The notes below the pieces were generated by a model that was not told where the DNA came from, searched no databases, and saw nothing but the letters and a program-made list of their open reading frames with translations. 64,000 bases of DNA from Actinomycetota bacterium (GTDB lineage Bacteria; Actinomycetota; Acidimicrobiia; Acidimicrobiales; Ilumatobacteraceae): the NCBI GenBank assembly GCA_009704985.1, contig WLDE01000002.1:1560-65559 (forward strand), given 5' to 3'. A program made the translations under genes and the position numbers. Of the stretch, positions 1-8,609 are shown in pieces (position 1 is the stretch's first letter; each line of letters opens with the position of its first letter).

Positions 1-951
1 ACCACCGCGCACGAACCGTTCGGTGAGGTGCTGGCGCTCCCGGCCGCGAACGCGACCGGGCCGGTGCGCAACGTCTCGGTGTTCGGTGGGTTCTCGTTGT
101 CCGACGTGGAGTGCAGCGGGGCGTCGGTGTGCGTCACCGTCGACGAGGGCCGCGACGACCACGCTGCCGAGGTGGTCCGCGTGCTGGCCCGTGCACTCGT
201 CGAACGCCGCGATCGGTTCCGCCTGCACGCCACGCCGCTCGCCGAGGCCGTGCGGATCGCGGCGGGTGCGGCGTCCGGTGCCGAACCGCCCGTGCTGCTC
301 GCCGACGTGGCCGACAACCCCGGAGGCGGTGCCCCGGCCACGAGCACGTTCGTGCTGCGCGGCCTGCTCGACGCGGCGATCGGTCGTGCCACGCTCGGGG
401 TGCAGTGCGATCCGGCCGTGGTCGAACACGCGTGGCGGGCGGGCATCGGCGCGACGATCGAGGCCGTGTTCAACCGCGACCGCGACCTCCCGCTCGCCCC
501 CCGGCTCGCGGTCACCGCGGAGGTGGTCGCGCTCACCGACGCCCCGCTGGTGCCCAGCCGCGGCGTGTACGCCGGCAGCACCCGGCATCCCGGCCGGTGC
601 TGCGGGTTGCGCATCGGCGGACCCGACGGGATCACCGTCGGCGTGTCGTCGGCCCCGGTGCAGTGCGCCGACGACGACACCCTGCGCCACTGCGGCCTCG
701 AGCCCGATCGTGCACGCGTCGTGGTGGTGAAGTCACGAGGCCACTTCCGGGCCGGCTTCGACCACCTGTTCGGCGACGACCGGATCGTCGAGGTCGGCGC
801 GCCGGGCGTGGCGACACCCGAGCTGCACACGCTGACCTGGCGTCACCTGCCCCGACCCGTGTTCCCGCTCGACACGCTCGACGAGCACGCGTGGCGGGTC
901 GAACCGCGCCGGCACCGGCCGGCCTCGGCGTCGCCGGGGGTGCGCACGTGA
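1..951 (+). CDS. M81 family metallopeptidase, MlrC-like (C-terminal part; 5-prime end lies outside the window)
   Basis: Frame 1 is open from base 1. The translation has MlrC C-terminal-domain signatures (LLADVADNPGGGA, VVVKSRGHFRAGF, RPVFPLD). Stop TGA 949-951 overlaps the next start (GTGA). Confidence 0.75.
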   Translation, partial: TTAHEPFGEVLALPAANATGPVRNVSVFGGFSLSDVECSGASVCVTVDEGRDDHAAEVVRVLARALVERRDRFRLHATPLAEAVRIAAGAASGAEPPVLLADVADNPGGGAPATSTFVLRGLLDAAIGRATLGVQCDPAVVEHAWRAGIGATIEAVFNRDRDLPLAPRLAVTAEVVALTDAPLVPSRGVYAGSTRHPGRCCGLRIGGPDGITVGVSSAPVQCADDDTLRHCGLEPDRARVVVVKSRGHFRAGFDHLFGDDRIVEVGAPGVATPELHTLTWRHLPRPVFPLDTLDEHAWRVEPRRHRPASASPGVRT

Positions 952-1928
952 CCGTGCGGCTGATCGCCACGGGCGGCACGATCTCGTCGCACCACGACGG
1001 CCGGGGCTGGACCGAGCTCGCAGGGAGCGAGCTCGTCGCCGAGCTGGTGGACGACCTCGACCGTGCCGGGGTGGACGTGGAGGTCGTCGACGTCGCGGCC
1101 GGGCCGAGCTCGCACCTGTCGGTGGACGACATGTCCGCGATCGCCGGGCACGTGCGCGACGCGGTGGCCGACGGCCACGGCGTGGTGGTCACCCACGGCA
1201 CCGACACGATCGAGCTCACCTCGTTCCTCGCCGACCTCCTGCTGCCCGCCGCAGCCGACCGTCCGCCGGTGGTGTTCACCGGCTCGATGCGCGTGCACTC
1301 GCACCCGCAGCCCGACGGTCCGCGCAACCTGCTCGACGCGCTCGTGGTGGCCGGCGACCGTGCCGCCCGCGGGCGCGGCGTGCTCGTGTGCGTCGACGGG
1401 CTGCTGCACGCCGCGGCCCGCGTGGTGAAGTGCGACGCCGGTTCGCTCGACGCGTTCTCGTCCGCACCCCTCGGCCCGGTGGGCACCGTCCAGGGTGGCA
1501 CGGTCATCGTCCACGACGACGCGCCGCTCGCCGGGCCGCACGCGACCGACCTCGCCCCGGACGTGCCGCTGCTCACCGTGTACCCGGGCATCGATCCGAG
1601 CGAGGTGGCGCGGACGCTCGACGGTCGTCGCGGTGCGGTGCTGGAGGTGTTCGGCGACCTCAACGTGCCGCGCACGCTGTGGGCACCGATCCACGAGGCC
1701 TGGCGCGCCGGCACCCTGGTGGTGCTCGCGTCGCGTCCCTTCACCGGCACCACGCGGTCGGAGGGTCTCGATCTGCTCGGTGCCGTCGGTGCGGGCGGCC
1801 TCACCGCGCAGAAGGCACGGCTCGCCACGATGGCCGCACTCGGTGGTGGCGCCGGCCGCGACGACGCGATCGAGTTCCTGCACGCGCGTCGCCTGGTCCG
1901 CCCGCACGACGAACGGAGCTCCGCATGA
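948..1928 (+). CDS. L-asparaginase, type I family
   Basis: GTG 948 is in frame with ORF 111..1928 and overlaps the upstream stop by 4 nt. Motifs: VRLIATGGTISS (Thr nucleophile) and VVTHGTDTIELTS (HGTDT). The Arg/Pro-rich part of the tracked ORF before 948 is out-of-frame readthrough of the MlrC gene. Confidence 0.8.
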   Translation: MTVRLIATGGTISSHHDGRGWTELAGSELVAELVDDLDRAGVDVEVVDVAAGPSSHLSVDDMSAIAGHVRDAVADGHGVVVTHGTDTIELTSFLADLLLPAAADRPPVVFTGSMRVHSHPQPDGPRNLLDALVVAGDRAARGRGVLVCVDGLLHAAARVVKCDAGSLDAFSSAPLGPVGTVQGGTVIVHDDAPLAGPHATDLAPDVPLLTVYPGIDPSEVARTLDGRRGAVLEVFGDLNVPRTLWAPIHEAWRAGTLVVLASRPFTGTTRSEGLDLLGAVGAGGLTAQKARLATMAALGGGAGRDDAIEFLHARRLVRPHDERSSA

Positions 1929-3055
1929 CCGACGGCAACGACACGACCGGGTTCGGCGACGCCCTGCAGGCGCTCGTCGACGCCGAGCACGCAGTGGGGG
2001 ACGAGCCCTGCCTGCTGCGCGTCGAGGTGCCCGCGATCGGGATCGTGGCCCGCCGAGCCGCGGGTGGGCTCCGGCGTCGAGGCGAGCACGACGACGCCAC
2101 CGATCCGGCCACGCCGGACTCGCCGTTCCGCGTCGCGAGCGTGACGAAGCCGTTCACGGCCGCCGTCGTCGCGCAGCTCGTCCACGAGGGGGCGATGACG
2201 TTCGACGACCGTCTCGTCGACCTCCTCCCCGACGACTGGGCCGACGTCATGGCCCGGGTGCACGTGATCGACGGCGTCGCGTCCGGCGACCGGATCACGG
2301 TGCGCCAGGCGCTCACCCACGCCAGCGGGCTGTTCGACTACGCGATGAGCCCCGAGTACGGGCGGGCGCTCGCCGCCGATCCCGGTCATGTCTGGACCCC
2401 GCGCGAGATGGTGGAGGGGGCGATCGCGTGGGGCACGCCGCACTTCCCGCCCGGTGAGGGCTACGGCTACGCCTACGCCGACACGGGGTACGTCCTCGCC
2501 GGCGTGGTCATCGAGACCCTCGACAACCGACCGCTGTGGGAGAGCTACCGGGCGCGGATCCTCGACCCGCTCGGCATGACCGGCACCTACCTGGAGGGCT
2601 TCGAGCCCCACCGTGGGCCGGCGATCAGCCACGCGTACGAGGGCCCGTTCGACGTGATGGCGATCCACGGCAGCAGCGACTGGGCGGGCGGGGGACTGGT
2701 GTCCACGCTCGACGAGCTGGCCGTGTTCGCCCGGGCGCTCGTGGACGGTCGGGTGGTGCCCGACCCCGAGCTCGGCGAGGTGCTCCACTGGCGGTTCCGC
2801 ACGCTCGACCCGGCGCTGCACTCGCCCGGGTACCTCGGCTACGGCATGGGGGTGGAGGCCCGCGATCTCCACGGCACGGTGTTCCGCGGGCACCGCGGTC
2901 ACTGGGGGGTGATCATGCACGCCGACCCCGTGAGCGGGATCACCGTCACCGGCACGATCAACCAGTCGGCACGGCGGCCCGACGCCCTCGCGCTCGGTGC
3001 GGTGGCGGCGGTGCGCGACCACCTTCCGGTGGACGTGTGGGAGGCACGGTCGTGA
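1925..3055 (+). CDS. Serine hydrolase, beta-lactamase/PBP fold (peptidase S12-like)
   Basis: ATG 1925 overlaps the upstream stop (ATGA). The SxxK active-site motif appears as FRVASVTKPF, and LTHASGL is conserved. The tracked N-terminal extension from 1388 is Arg-rich and implausible. Confidence 0.8.
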   Translation: MTDGNDTTGFGDALQALVDAEHAVGDEPCLLRVEVPAIGIVARRAAGGLRRRGEHDDATDPATPDSPFRVASVTKPFTAAVVAQLVHEGAMTFDDRLVDLLPDDWADVMARVHVIDGVASGDRITVRQALTHASGLFDYAMSPEYGRALAADPGHVWTPREMVEGAIAWGTPHFPPGEGYGYAYADTGYVLAGVVIETLDNRPLWESYRARILDPLGMTGTYLEGFEPHRGPAISHAYEGPFDVMAIHGSSDWAGGGLVSTLDELAVFARALVDGRVVPDPELGEVLHWRFRTLDPALHSPGYLGYGMGVEARDLHGTVFRGHRGHWGVIMHADPVSGITVTGTINQSARRPDALALGAVAAVRDHLPVDVWEARS

Positions 3056-4446
3056 CCGGCGACGCAGCAGCACGCCGCGCCCGGGTGGAGCACGGCCTCA
3101 CCCCGGTGCTGCGCATCGCGAACCGTCCCGTCGAGCGGTTCACGGTGGCCGATCGGATGGCCCGCTACCAGGTGCCCGGTTGCAGCATCGCCGTGGTCGA
3201 CGACGGCGAGGTGAGCTGGGCCGCGGGGTACGGCGCCACTGCGGACGGCGGCGGCCCCGTGCACGCCACCACGCTGTTCCAGGCCGCCTCGATGAGCAAG
3301 GCGGTCGCCGCAGCGGGGGTGCTCGTGCTGGTGGAGTGGGGCGAGCTCGACCTCGACGAACCGGTGAACGACCGGCTCCGCTCGTGGCGGTTACCCGACA
3401 GCCCCCACACCGCCGAACAACCGGTCACGCTGCGCCATCTGCTCAGCCACACCGCCGGTACCACCGTGCCGGGCTTCCCGGGCTACGCGGTCGGGACGAC
3501 GCTGCCCACGGTGCCCGAGGTGCTGTCGGGCGGCGGCGTCGCCAACACGTCGGCCGTCGAGTCGTTCGCCCCGCCGGGAACCCGGACGCAGTACTCGGGT
3601 GGCGGGACGACGATCGTGCAGTTGCTGGTCACGGAGGTGACCGGTCGGGCGTTCCCCGAGCTGATGACCGAGCTGGTGCTGCGCCCGTTCGGCATGGTCG
3701 ACAGCGCCTACGACCAGCCGCTCGCCGCCGATCGGCGCCGCCGCGCCGCGACCGGACACGGCGCATCGGGTCGCCTCGCGGCCGGCGGACACCACGTGTA
3801 TCCCGAGCTGCAGGCGGCCGGGCTCTGGACCACCGCGGTCGACCTGGCGCGCTGGCTCGTCGGTGTCCAGGAGATCCTGCGCGGCGACCGCACCGGCCCG
3901 ATCTCGCGTGCGACGGCGCACGAGATGATCACGCCGCTCGGCGACGGCAGCTTCGGTCTGGGGCCCGAGCTCGGCGGCGAGGGCGAGCTGCGCCGCTTCG
4001 GTCACAGCGGCGGCAACGAGGGCTTCCGCTCGCAGATGGACGCCCTCGTCGAGCGGCCGGTGGGCGGTGTGGTGCTCACCAACGCCGACAACGGCACCAC
4101 CCTGTGCGCCGAGGTGCGGCGCGCGTTCGCCGAGGAGTACGGGTGGGGTGAGCTCGACGGGCCTCCGATCGTGCTCGCCGACGTCGACCCGGCGGTGCTC
4201 GCCTCGTACGCGGGCACCTACGTCGGACCGTTCGGCCGGCCGATGAAGCTGCGCGTGGAGGACGGTGAGCTGTTCAGCCCGGCGCCCTACGGGAGGCGCC
4301 GGATGCTGCCGCTCGGGGCGACGACCTTCCTCGACGAGGAGACGGGCGCGACGCTGGAGGTCGCCACCGATGGTGGCGCGGTCACCCGCATCGCCGTGCT
4401 GGTGGATGGTGCCGAGCTGATGGCGTTCACGCCGGCGGACGGGTGA
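3052..4446 (+). CDS. Serine hydrolase, beta-lactamase fold with extra C-terminal domain (S12 D-aminopeptidase/esterase-like)
   Basis: GTG 3052 overlaps the upstream stop (GTGA). SxxK appears as QAASMSKAV, with LLSHTAG also present. About 120 aa extend beyond the catalytic fold. Clear paralogue of 12830..14296. Confidence 0.8.
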   Translation: MTGDAAARRARVEHGLTPVLRIANRPVERFTVADRMARYQVPGCSIAVVDDGEVSWAAGYGATADGGGPVHATTLFQAASMSKAVAAAGVLVLVEWGELDLDEPVNDRLRSWRLPDSPHTAEQPVTLRHLLSHTAGTTVPGFPGYAVGTTLPTVPEVLSGGGVANTSAVESFAPPGTRTQYSGGGTTIVQLLVTEVTGRAFPELMTELVLRPFGMVDSAYDQPLAADRRRRAATGHGASGRLAAGGHHVYPELQAAGLWTTAVDLARWLVGVQEILRGDRTGPISRATAHEMITPLGDGSFGLGPELGGEGELRRFGHSGGNEGFRSQMDALVERPVGGVVLTNADNGTTLCAEVRRAFAEEYGWGELDGPPIVLADVDPAVLASYAGTYVGPFGRPMKLRVEDGELFSPAPYGRRRMLPLGATTFLDEETGATLEVATDGGAVTRIAVLVDGAELMAFTPADG

Positions 4447-4492
4447 GGGCGGAGACGGGTGAGGGCGGAGGACGAGTGAGGGTGGAGGAGGA
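4441..4492 (+). repeat. Purine/G-rich imperfect tandem repeat, 3 units of 16-17 nt (GGGTGAGGGCGGAGAC / GGGTGAGGGCGGAGGAC / GAGTGAGGGTGGAGGAG)
   Basis: Read directly. Unit 1 contains the TGA stop (4444-4446) of the upstream gene. Unit 3 supplies a GGAGG Shine-Dalgarno for ATG 4499. 4441-4465 also fits a G3-N-G3-N-G3-N-G3 pattern. Confidence 0.7.
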
Positions 4493-4498
4493 GCGGCG

Positions 4499-5905
4499 AT
4501 GACGACGACGTGGGTGGACCAGGCCTGGGCCGGTGCGGTGCCGACGATGATGGACTACGTCGCGATCCCGGCGCGGTCGCCGATGTTCGACCCCGCGTGG
4601 GAGGAGCACGGCCACATCGCCCGGGCCGCGCGCCTGCTGCGCGACTGGGCGGCGGCGCGATCGCTCGACGGTGCCACCGTCGAGCTGATCGAGCGCCCGG
4701 GACTCACACCGGTGCTGCTGGTGGAGATCCCCGCCACCGAGGCCTCGCTCGCCGATCGCACGGTGGTGATGTACGGCCATCTCGACAAGCAGCCGGAGAT
4801 GCTGCCGTGGTCCGACGGACTCGGCCCATGGACGCCGGTGCTGCGGGGAGAGCGGCTCTACGGGCGTGGTGGCGCGGACGACGGCTACTCCGTCGTCGCC
4901 GCGCTGATCGCGGTGGAGGCGGTGCGCGAGGCCGGCGGATCGCACGCCCGCATCGTCGTGATGATCGAGGCGAGCGAGGAGAGCTCGAGCGTGCATCTCG
5001 AGGCCCATCTCGCCGAGCTGCTGCCCCGCTTCGGCGACGTCGACCTGGTGATCGCGCTCGACTCCTTCTGCGAGAGCTACGACCGGCTGTGGACCACCAC
5101 GTCGACCCGGGGTGTGGTCGGTGGTGTCCTCGACATCGAGGTGTGCCTCGACGACCCGCACAGCGGCCGCGCCAGCGGCGTGCTGCCGTCGTCGTTCCGC
5201 ATCCTGCGGCAGCTGCTCGACCGAATCGAGGACGCGGCCACCGGCGACGTGTTCGTGCGGTCCGCGAACGTCGAGATCCCGCCGTACCGCGTCGAGGAGG
5301 CGCGCATCGCCGCCGCCTCGTTCCCCGCCCTGTCCACCTCGTTCCGGCCGTTGCCGGGTGTGCGGTCCGTTCGCGCCGACGCCGTCGACGAGCTCGTCGC
5401 GGAGACCTGGCTGCCGGCGCTCGAGGTGATCGGGGTGGACGGGCTCCCGCCGGTGGCCGACGCGGGCAACGTGTTCCGCTCGCGCCTGTCCGTGAAGCTG
5501 TCGCTGCGTGTGCCCCCGACCGCCGACGTGTGGGCCGTCGGCGACGAGCTGCGGGCACGGCTGGAGACCGATCCCCCGTACGGTGCCCGCGTGCAGCTGC
5601 ACCAGGGTGCGCGCGGACCCGGCTGGGCCGCGCCGGAGTTCGCGCCGTGGCTCGCCCGTGCCACCGAGGCGGCGAGCCTCCGGCACTTCGGCGCACCCGT
5701 CGCCTCCTGCGGGGTGGGCGGCACGATCCCGTTCATGGGCATGCTCGGCGACCCGTTCCCCGACGCCCAGTTCCTGCTCGTCGGCGTGCTCGGCCCCGGC
5801 TCGAACGCCCACGGTCCCGACGAGTTCCTCGACCTCCCGACCGCACGGCGCGTCACCGCCTCCGTGGCCGACGTGCTCCGCGCCCACGCCGAGGGCGACG
5901 GATGA
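4499..5905 (+). CDS. M20 family metallopeptidase / amidohydrolase (dipeptidase or N-acyl-amino-acid deacylase-like)
   Basis: 468-aa ORF with M20 signatures (VMYGHLDKQP, RLYGRGGADDGYS, IEASEESSS metal-ligand region). A GGAGG sits upstream of the ATG. Confidence 0.85.
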   Translation: MTTTWVDQAWAGAVPTMMDYVAIPARSPMFDPAWEEHGHIARAARLLRDWAAARSLDGATVELIERPGLTPVLLVEIPATEASLADRTVVMYGHLDKQPEMLPWSDGLGPWTPVLRGERLYGRGGADDGYSVVAALIAVEAVREAGGSHARIVVMIEASEESSSVHLEAHLAELLPRFGDVDLVIALDSFCESYDRLWTTTSTRGVVGGVLDIEVCLDDPHSGRASGVLPSSFRILRQLLDRIEDAATGDVFVRSANVEIPPYRVEEARIAAASFPALSTSFRPLPGVRSVRADAVDELVAETWLPALEVIGVDGLPPVADAGNVFRSRLSVKLSLRVPPTADVWAVGDELRARLETDPPYGARVQLHQGARGPGWAAPEFAPWLARATEAASLRHFGAPVASCGVGGTIPFMGMLGDPFPDAQFLLVGVLGPGSNAHGPDEFLDLPTARRVTASVADVLRAHAEGDG

Positions 5906-6696
5906 GCACGGCGGACGAGCACCGCGCGGTCTCCCCGGTGGAGGTGCACCACCCGCACACCGAGGTCGCGCACGTGGAGGCGCTCGCCGCGTCCGAGCGG
6001 GCCGGGGTGCAGGTGGCAGAGCTCTCGGACCCGGACGAGCTCGACGAGCTGCGCGCCGTGCTGCTCGCGATCTGGGGCGCGGAGGTGGTGCCGCCGCGCA
6101 ACCTGCTGCGCGGGATGGCGATCGGCGGCGCCGGCCTCCACCTCGCGCGGCATCCGGACGGACGAGCGGTCGGGTTCGCGATCGGGTTCCTCGGCTGGAA
6201 CGGCGGGGTGCATCTGCACTCGCACCAGGTGGGCGTGCTCGGCGAGCTGCGATCGGGCGGTGTCGGCTACGCGCTCAAGCTCGCGCAGCGGGCGCAGGCG
6301 CTGCGTCACGGGATCACCGAGATGCGCTGGACGTTCGACCCGATGCTGCTCGCCAACGCCCGGTTCAACCTCGTGCGCCTCGGCGCCGAGCCGGTCGCGT
6401 TCCTGCCGCACTGCTACGGCGACCGACGCGACTCGTTCAACACCGGCGACCGCACCGACCGGCTCGAGGTGTCGTGGCGGCTCGACCGTCGGGTCGGTGG
6501 CGCCGCCACCGTGGCTGCGCCCGAGGACCTGCAGCTGGAGTTGCCGACGGATCATCACCGGCTCCGCGACGACGACCCGGCACGCGCCGCCGAGTGGCGC
6601 CGCCAGGTGAGCGACGCGCTCGCCTCGGCGCTCGCGGTCGGCCGCCCGGTGCGGATGGGGGAGCGCGGCTACGTGGTGCTCGGTGGTGCGGCGTGA
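5902..6696 (+). CDS. GNAT-fold acyltransferase (candidate amino-acid N-succinyl/acetyltransferase)
   Basis: ATG 5902 overlaps the upstream stop (ATGA). GNAT motif A (R-x-x-G-x-G/A) appears as LRSGGVGYALK. Sandwiched between the M20 and enolase-superfamily genes with 4-nt overlaps on both sides. Confidence 0.65.
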   Translation: MSTADEHRAVSPVEVHHPHTEVAHVEALAASERAGVQVAELSDPDELDELRAVLLAIWGAEVVPPRNLLRGMAIGGAGLHLARHPDGRAVGFAIGFLGWNGGVHLHSHQVGVLGELRSGGVGYALKLAQRAQALRHGITEMRWTFDPMLLANARFNLVRLGAEPVAFLPHCYGDRRDSFNTGDRTDRLEVSWRLDRRVGGAATVAAPEDLQLELPTDHHRLRDDDPARAAEWRRQVSDALASALAVGRPVRMGERGYVVLGGAA

Positions 6697-7811
6697 GGAT
6701 CGAGGCCGTCGAGCTCGTGCGGGTGGCGATGCCGCTCGTGCGGCCGTTCCGCACCTCGTTCGGCGTGCAGCACGCGCGCGACGTGCTGTTGGTGCACGTC
6801 ATGACCGACGTCGGTGAGGGCTGGGGTGAGGCCGCGGCCCACGCCGAGCCGTTCTACAACGAGGAGTTCACCGAGAGCGCGTCGCTCGTGCTCGAACGAT
6901 GGCTCGTCCCGGCCGTGCTCGGCGCCGACCTCCGGCCCGAGGACGTCGGTGCCAGGTGCGCGCAGGTGAAGGGCTACCGCGCGGCGAAGGCCGGGCTCGA
7001 GATGGCCGTGCTCGACGCAGGGCTGCGCGCCGACGGCGTGCCGCTCGCGCGGTACCTCGGCGGCGAACGTGCCGCGGTCGACGTCGGGGTGTCGGTGGGG
7101 ATCACGCCCACCGTCGACGAGCTCGTCGAGCAGGTGACCGGCTACGTGGCCGACGGCTACCGGCGGGTGAAGCTGAAGGTCATGTCGGGGTGGGACCGCG
7201 AGCCGTTGCGAGCGGTGCGCGCTGCCCATCCCGACCTCGCACTGCAGGTGGACGCGAACGCCGGGTACACCCCGGCCGACGCCGATCTGGTGGCGTCGTT
7301 CGACGAGTTCGGCCTGCTGATGGTGGAGCAGCCCTTCGCCCCGGAGGAGCTGCAGGCCCACGCCGACCTCGCCCGACGGATGCGCACCCCGATCTGCCTC
7401 GACGAGTCGATCCTGTCCACCACGCACACCGCCACCGCGCTCGACCTCGGTGCGTGCAGCATCGTGAACATCAAGGTCGGCAGGGTCGGCGGGCTGCTCG
7501 AGGCCAGGCGCATCCACGACCTGTGCCGCGACCGGGGCGTGCCGGTGTGGTGCGGGGGCATGCTCGAGACCGGCATCGGCCGCGCCGCGAACGTGGCGCT
7601 CGCATCGCTGCCGAACTTCGTGTTCCCGGCCGACCTGTCCGCCAGCGACCGGTACTGGCGCCGCGACCTCACCGAGCCGTTCGAGCTCCACGGGTCGCAG
7701 CTGCGCGTCCCGTCGGGCCCCGGCCTCGGCATCACCGTCGACCGCGACGCCCTCGCCGACCTCGGCGCGACCGTCCACACCATCCGCACGGTCCCCGGGG
7801 CGTCGAGATGA
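6693..7811 (+). CDS. menC: o-Succinylbenzoate synthase / N-succinylamino-acid racemase (enolase superfamily, MLE subgroup)
   Basis: GTG 6693 overlaps the upstream stop (GTGA). Catalytic pattern is visible: K-x-K (RRVKLKV), metal ligands (QVDANAGY, MVEQP, CLDES) and a second Lys (VNIKVGRVGG). Confidence 0.85.
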   Translation: MRIEAVELVRVAMPLVRPFRTSFGVQHARDVLLVHVMTDVGEGWGEAAAHAEPFYNEEFTESASLVLERWLVPAVLGADLRPEDVGARCAQVKGYRAAKAGLEMAVLDAGLRADGVPLARYLGGERAAVDVGVSVGITPTVDELVEQVTGYVADGYRRVKLKVMSGWDREPLRAVRAAHPDLALQVDANAGYTPADADLVASFDEFGLLMVEQPFAPEELQAHADLARRMRTPICLDESILSTTHTATALDLGACSIVNIKVGRVGGLLEARRIHDLCRDRGVPVWCGGMLETGIGRAANVALASLPNFVFPADLSASDRYWRRDLTEPFELHGSQLRVPSGPGLGITVDRDALADLGATVHTIRTVPGASR

Positions 7812-7869
7812 GGCTCGGTATCATCCACCACGACGTGTCGGGCGGAGCACGCCGACCCCGGGAGACCCC

Positions 7870-8592
7870 ATGACCGCAGCCACCCCCGCACGCAAGCGCG
7901 GCGCCCGCGCCGAGGTGCCGATCACCGCCGACGCGATCGTCGAGACGGCGTTCCGCATGATCGACGAGCGTGGCGCCGACAGCTTCTCGATGCGCGCGGT
8001 CGCGAACGAGCTCGGCGTCTTCCCCGCCACCCTCTACTGGCACGTCGGCGACCGCTCGCAGCTGCTGGGGCTCGTGGAGCTGACGTGGGTGCAGGGCATC
8101 GAGCTCCCGGATCACCTCACCGACTGGCGCGAGTGGATGGTCGAGCTGGCGCGCCGGTACCGGGCACACGCACTGCGCCACCCCCACGTCGCCCGGCTCG
8201 TCACCGTGGAACGAGCCCGCAACGTGGAGACGCTGCGGATCCCGGACGCGATCATCGGCAAGCTGTCCGAGCTCGGCCTCGGTGATCAGATCGTCCACGC
8301 CTACAACGCGCTGATGGGTGCGGTGCGCGGCTTCGTGGTGCTGGAGCTGTCGATGGCCACCGACCCGCCGCCTCCGGCCGAGGCCGACGACCTCGAGGCC
8401 GAGATGAGCGGTCTCGATCCCGAGCAGTTCCCGCACATCACCCAGCACTTCCACCTGTTCGCCGACCGGGCGCTGTCGATCCGCTGGAACGAGGACGCCG
8501 CCCGGTCCCTCGACGACTCCTACGACTACCTGCTGCGCCTGCTGCTCGACGGCATCGCGAGCCAGATGCAACCCCGCCGCAGGCGCACCTGA
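7870..8592 (+). CDS. TetR/AcrR family transcriptional regulator
   Basis: N-terminal HTH FSMRAVANELGVFPATLYWHV followed by a helical C-terminal ligand domain. Confidence 0.85.
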   Translation: MTAATPARKRGARAEVPITADAIVETAFRMIDERGADSFSMRAVANELGVFPATLYWHVGDRSQLLGLVELTWVQGIELPDHLTDWREWMVELARRYRAHALRHPHVARLVTVERARNVETLRIPDAIIGKLSELGLGDQIVHAYNALMGAVRGFVVLELSMATDPPPPAEADDLEAEMSGLDPEQFPHITQHFHLFADRALSIRWNEDAARSLDDSYDYLLRLLLDGIASQMQPRRRRT

Positions 8593-8609
8593 CCCGGCGA
8601 GTACGAGGC

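Noticed and set aside
111-947. N-terminal extensions of real genes in the ORF track (111..947 for the asparaginase, 1388..1924, 2536..3051, 4510..5901, 5508..6692, 14736..15647, 30195..30782, 38772 ORF to 41192, 45751 ORF to 48108, and others).
   Set aside because: The extended parts are compositionally aberrant and overlap the preceding, well-supported gene. In each case an in-frame ATG or GTG forming a 4-nt overlap with the upstream stop gives a protein of normal family length.
632-3073. Very long antisense or alternative-frame ORFs throughout the track (for example 632..3073 -, 12747..14429 -, 15573..17357 -, 27807..29720 -, 35650..37551 -, 41501..42904 -, 43259..44965 -, 62253..63710 -).
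   Set aside because: Their translations are Arg/Pro/Gly/Ala-rich low-complexity strings with no motifs. Each fully overlaps a strongly motif-supported gene on the other strand or frame. Long spurious ORFs are expected in very GC-rich DNA because stop codons are AT-rich.
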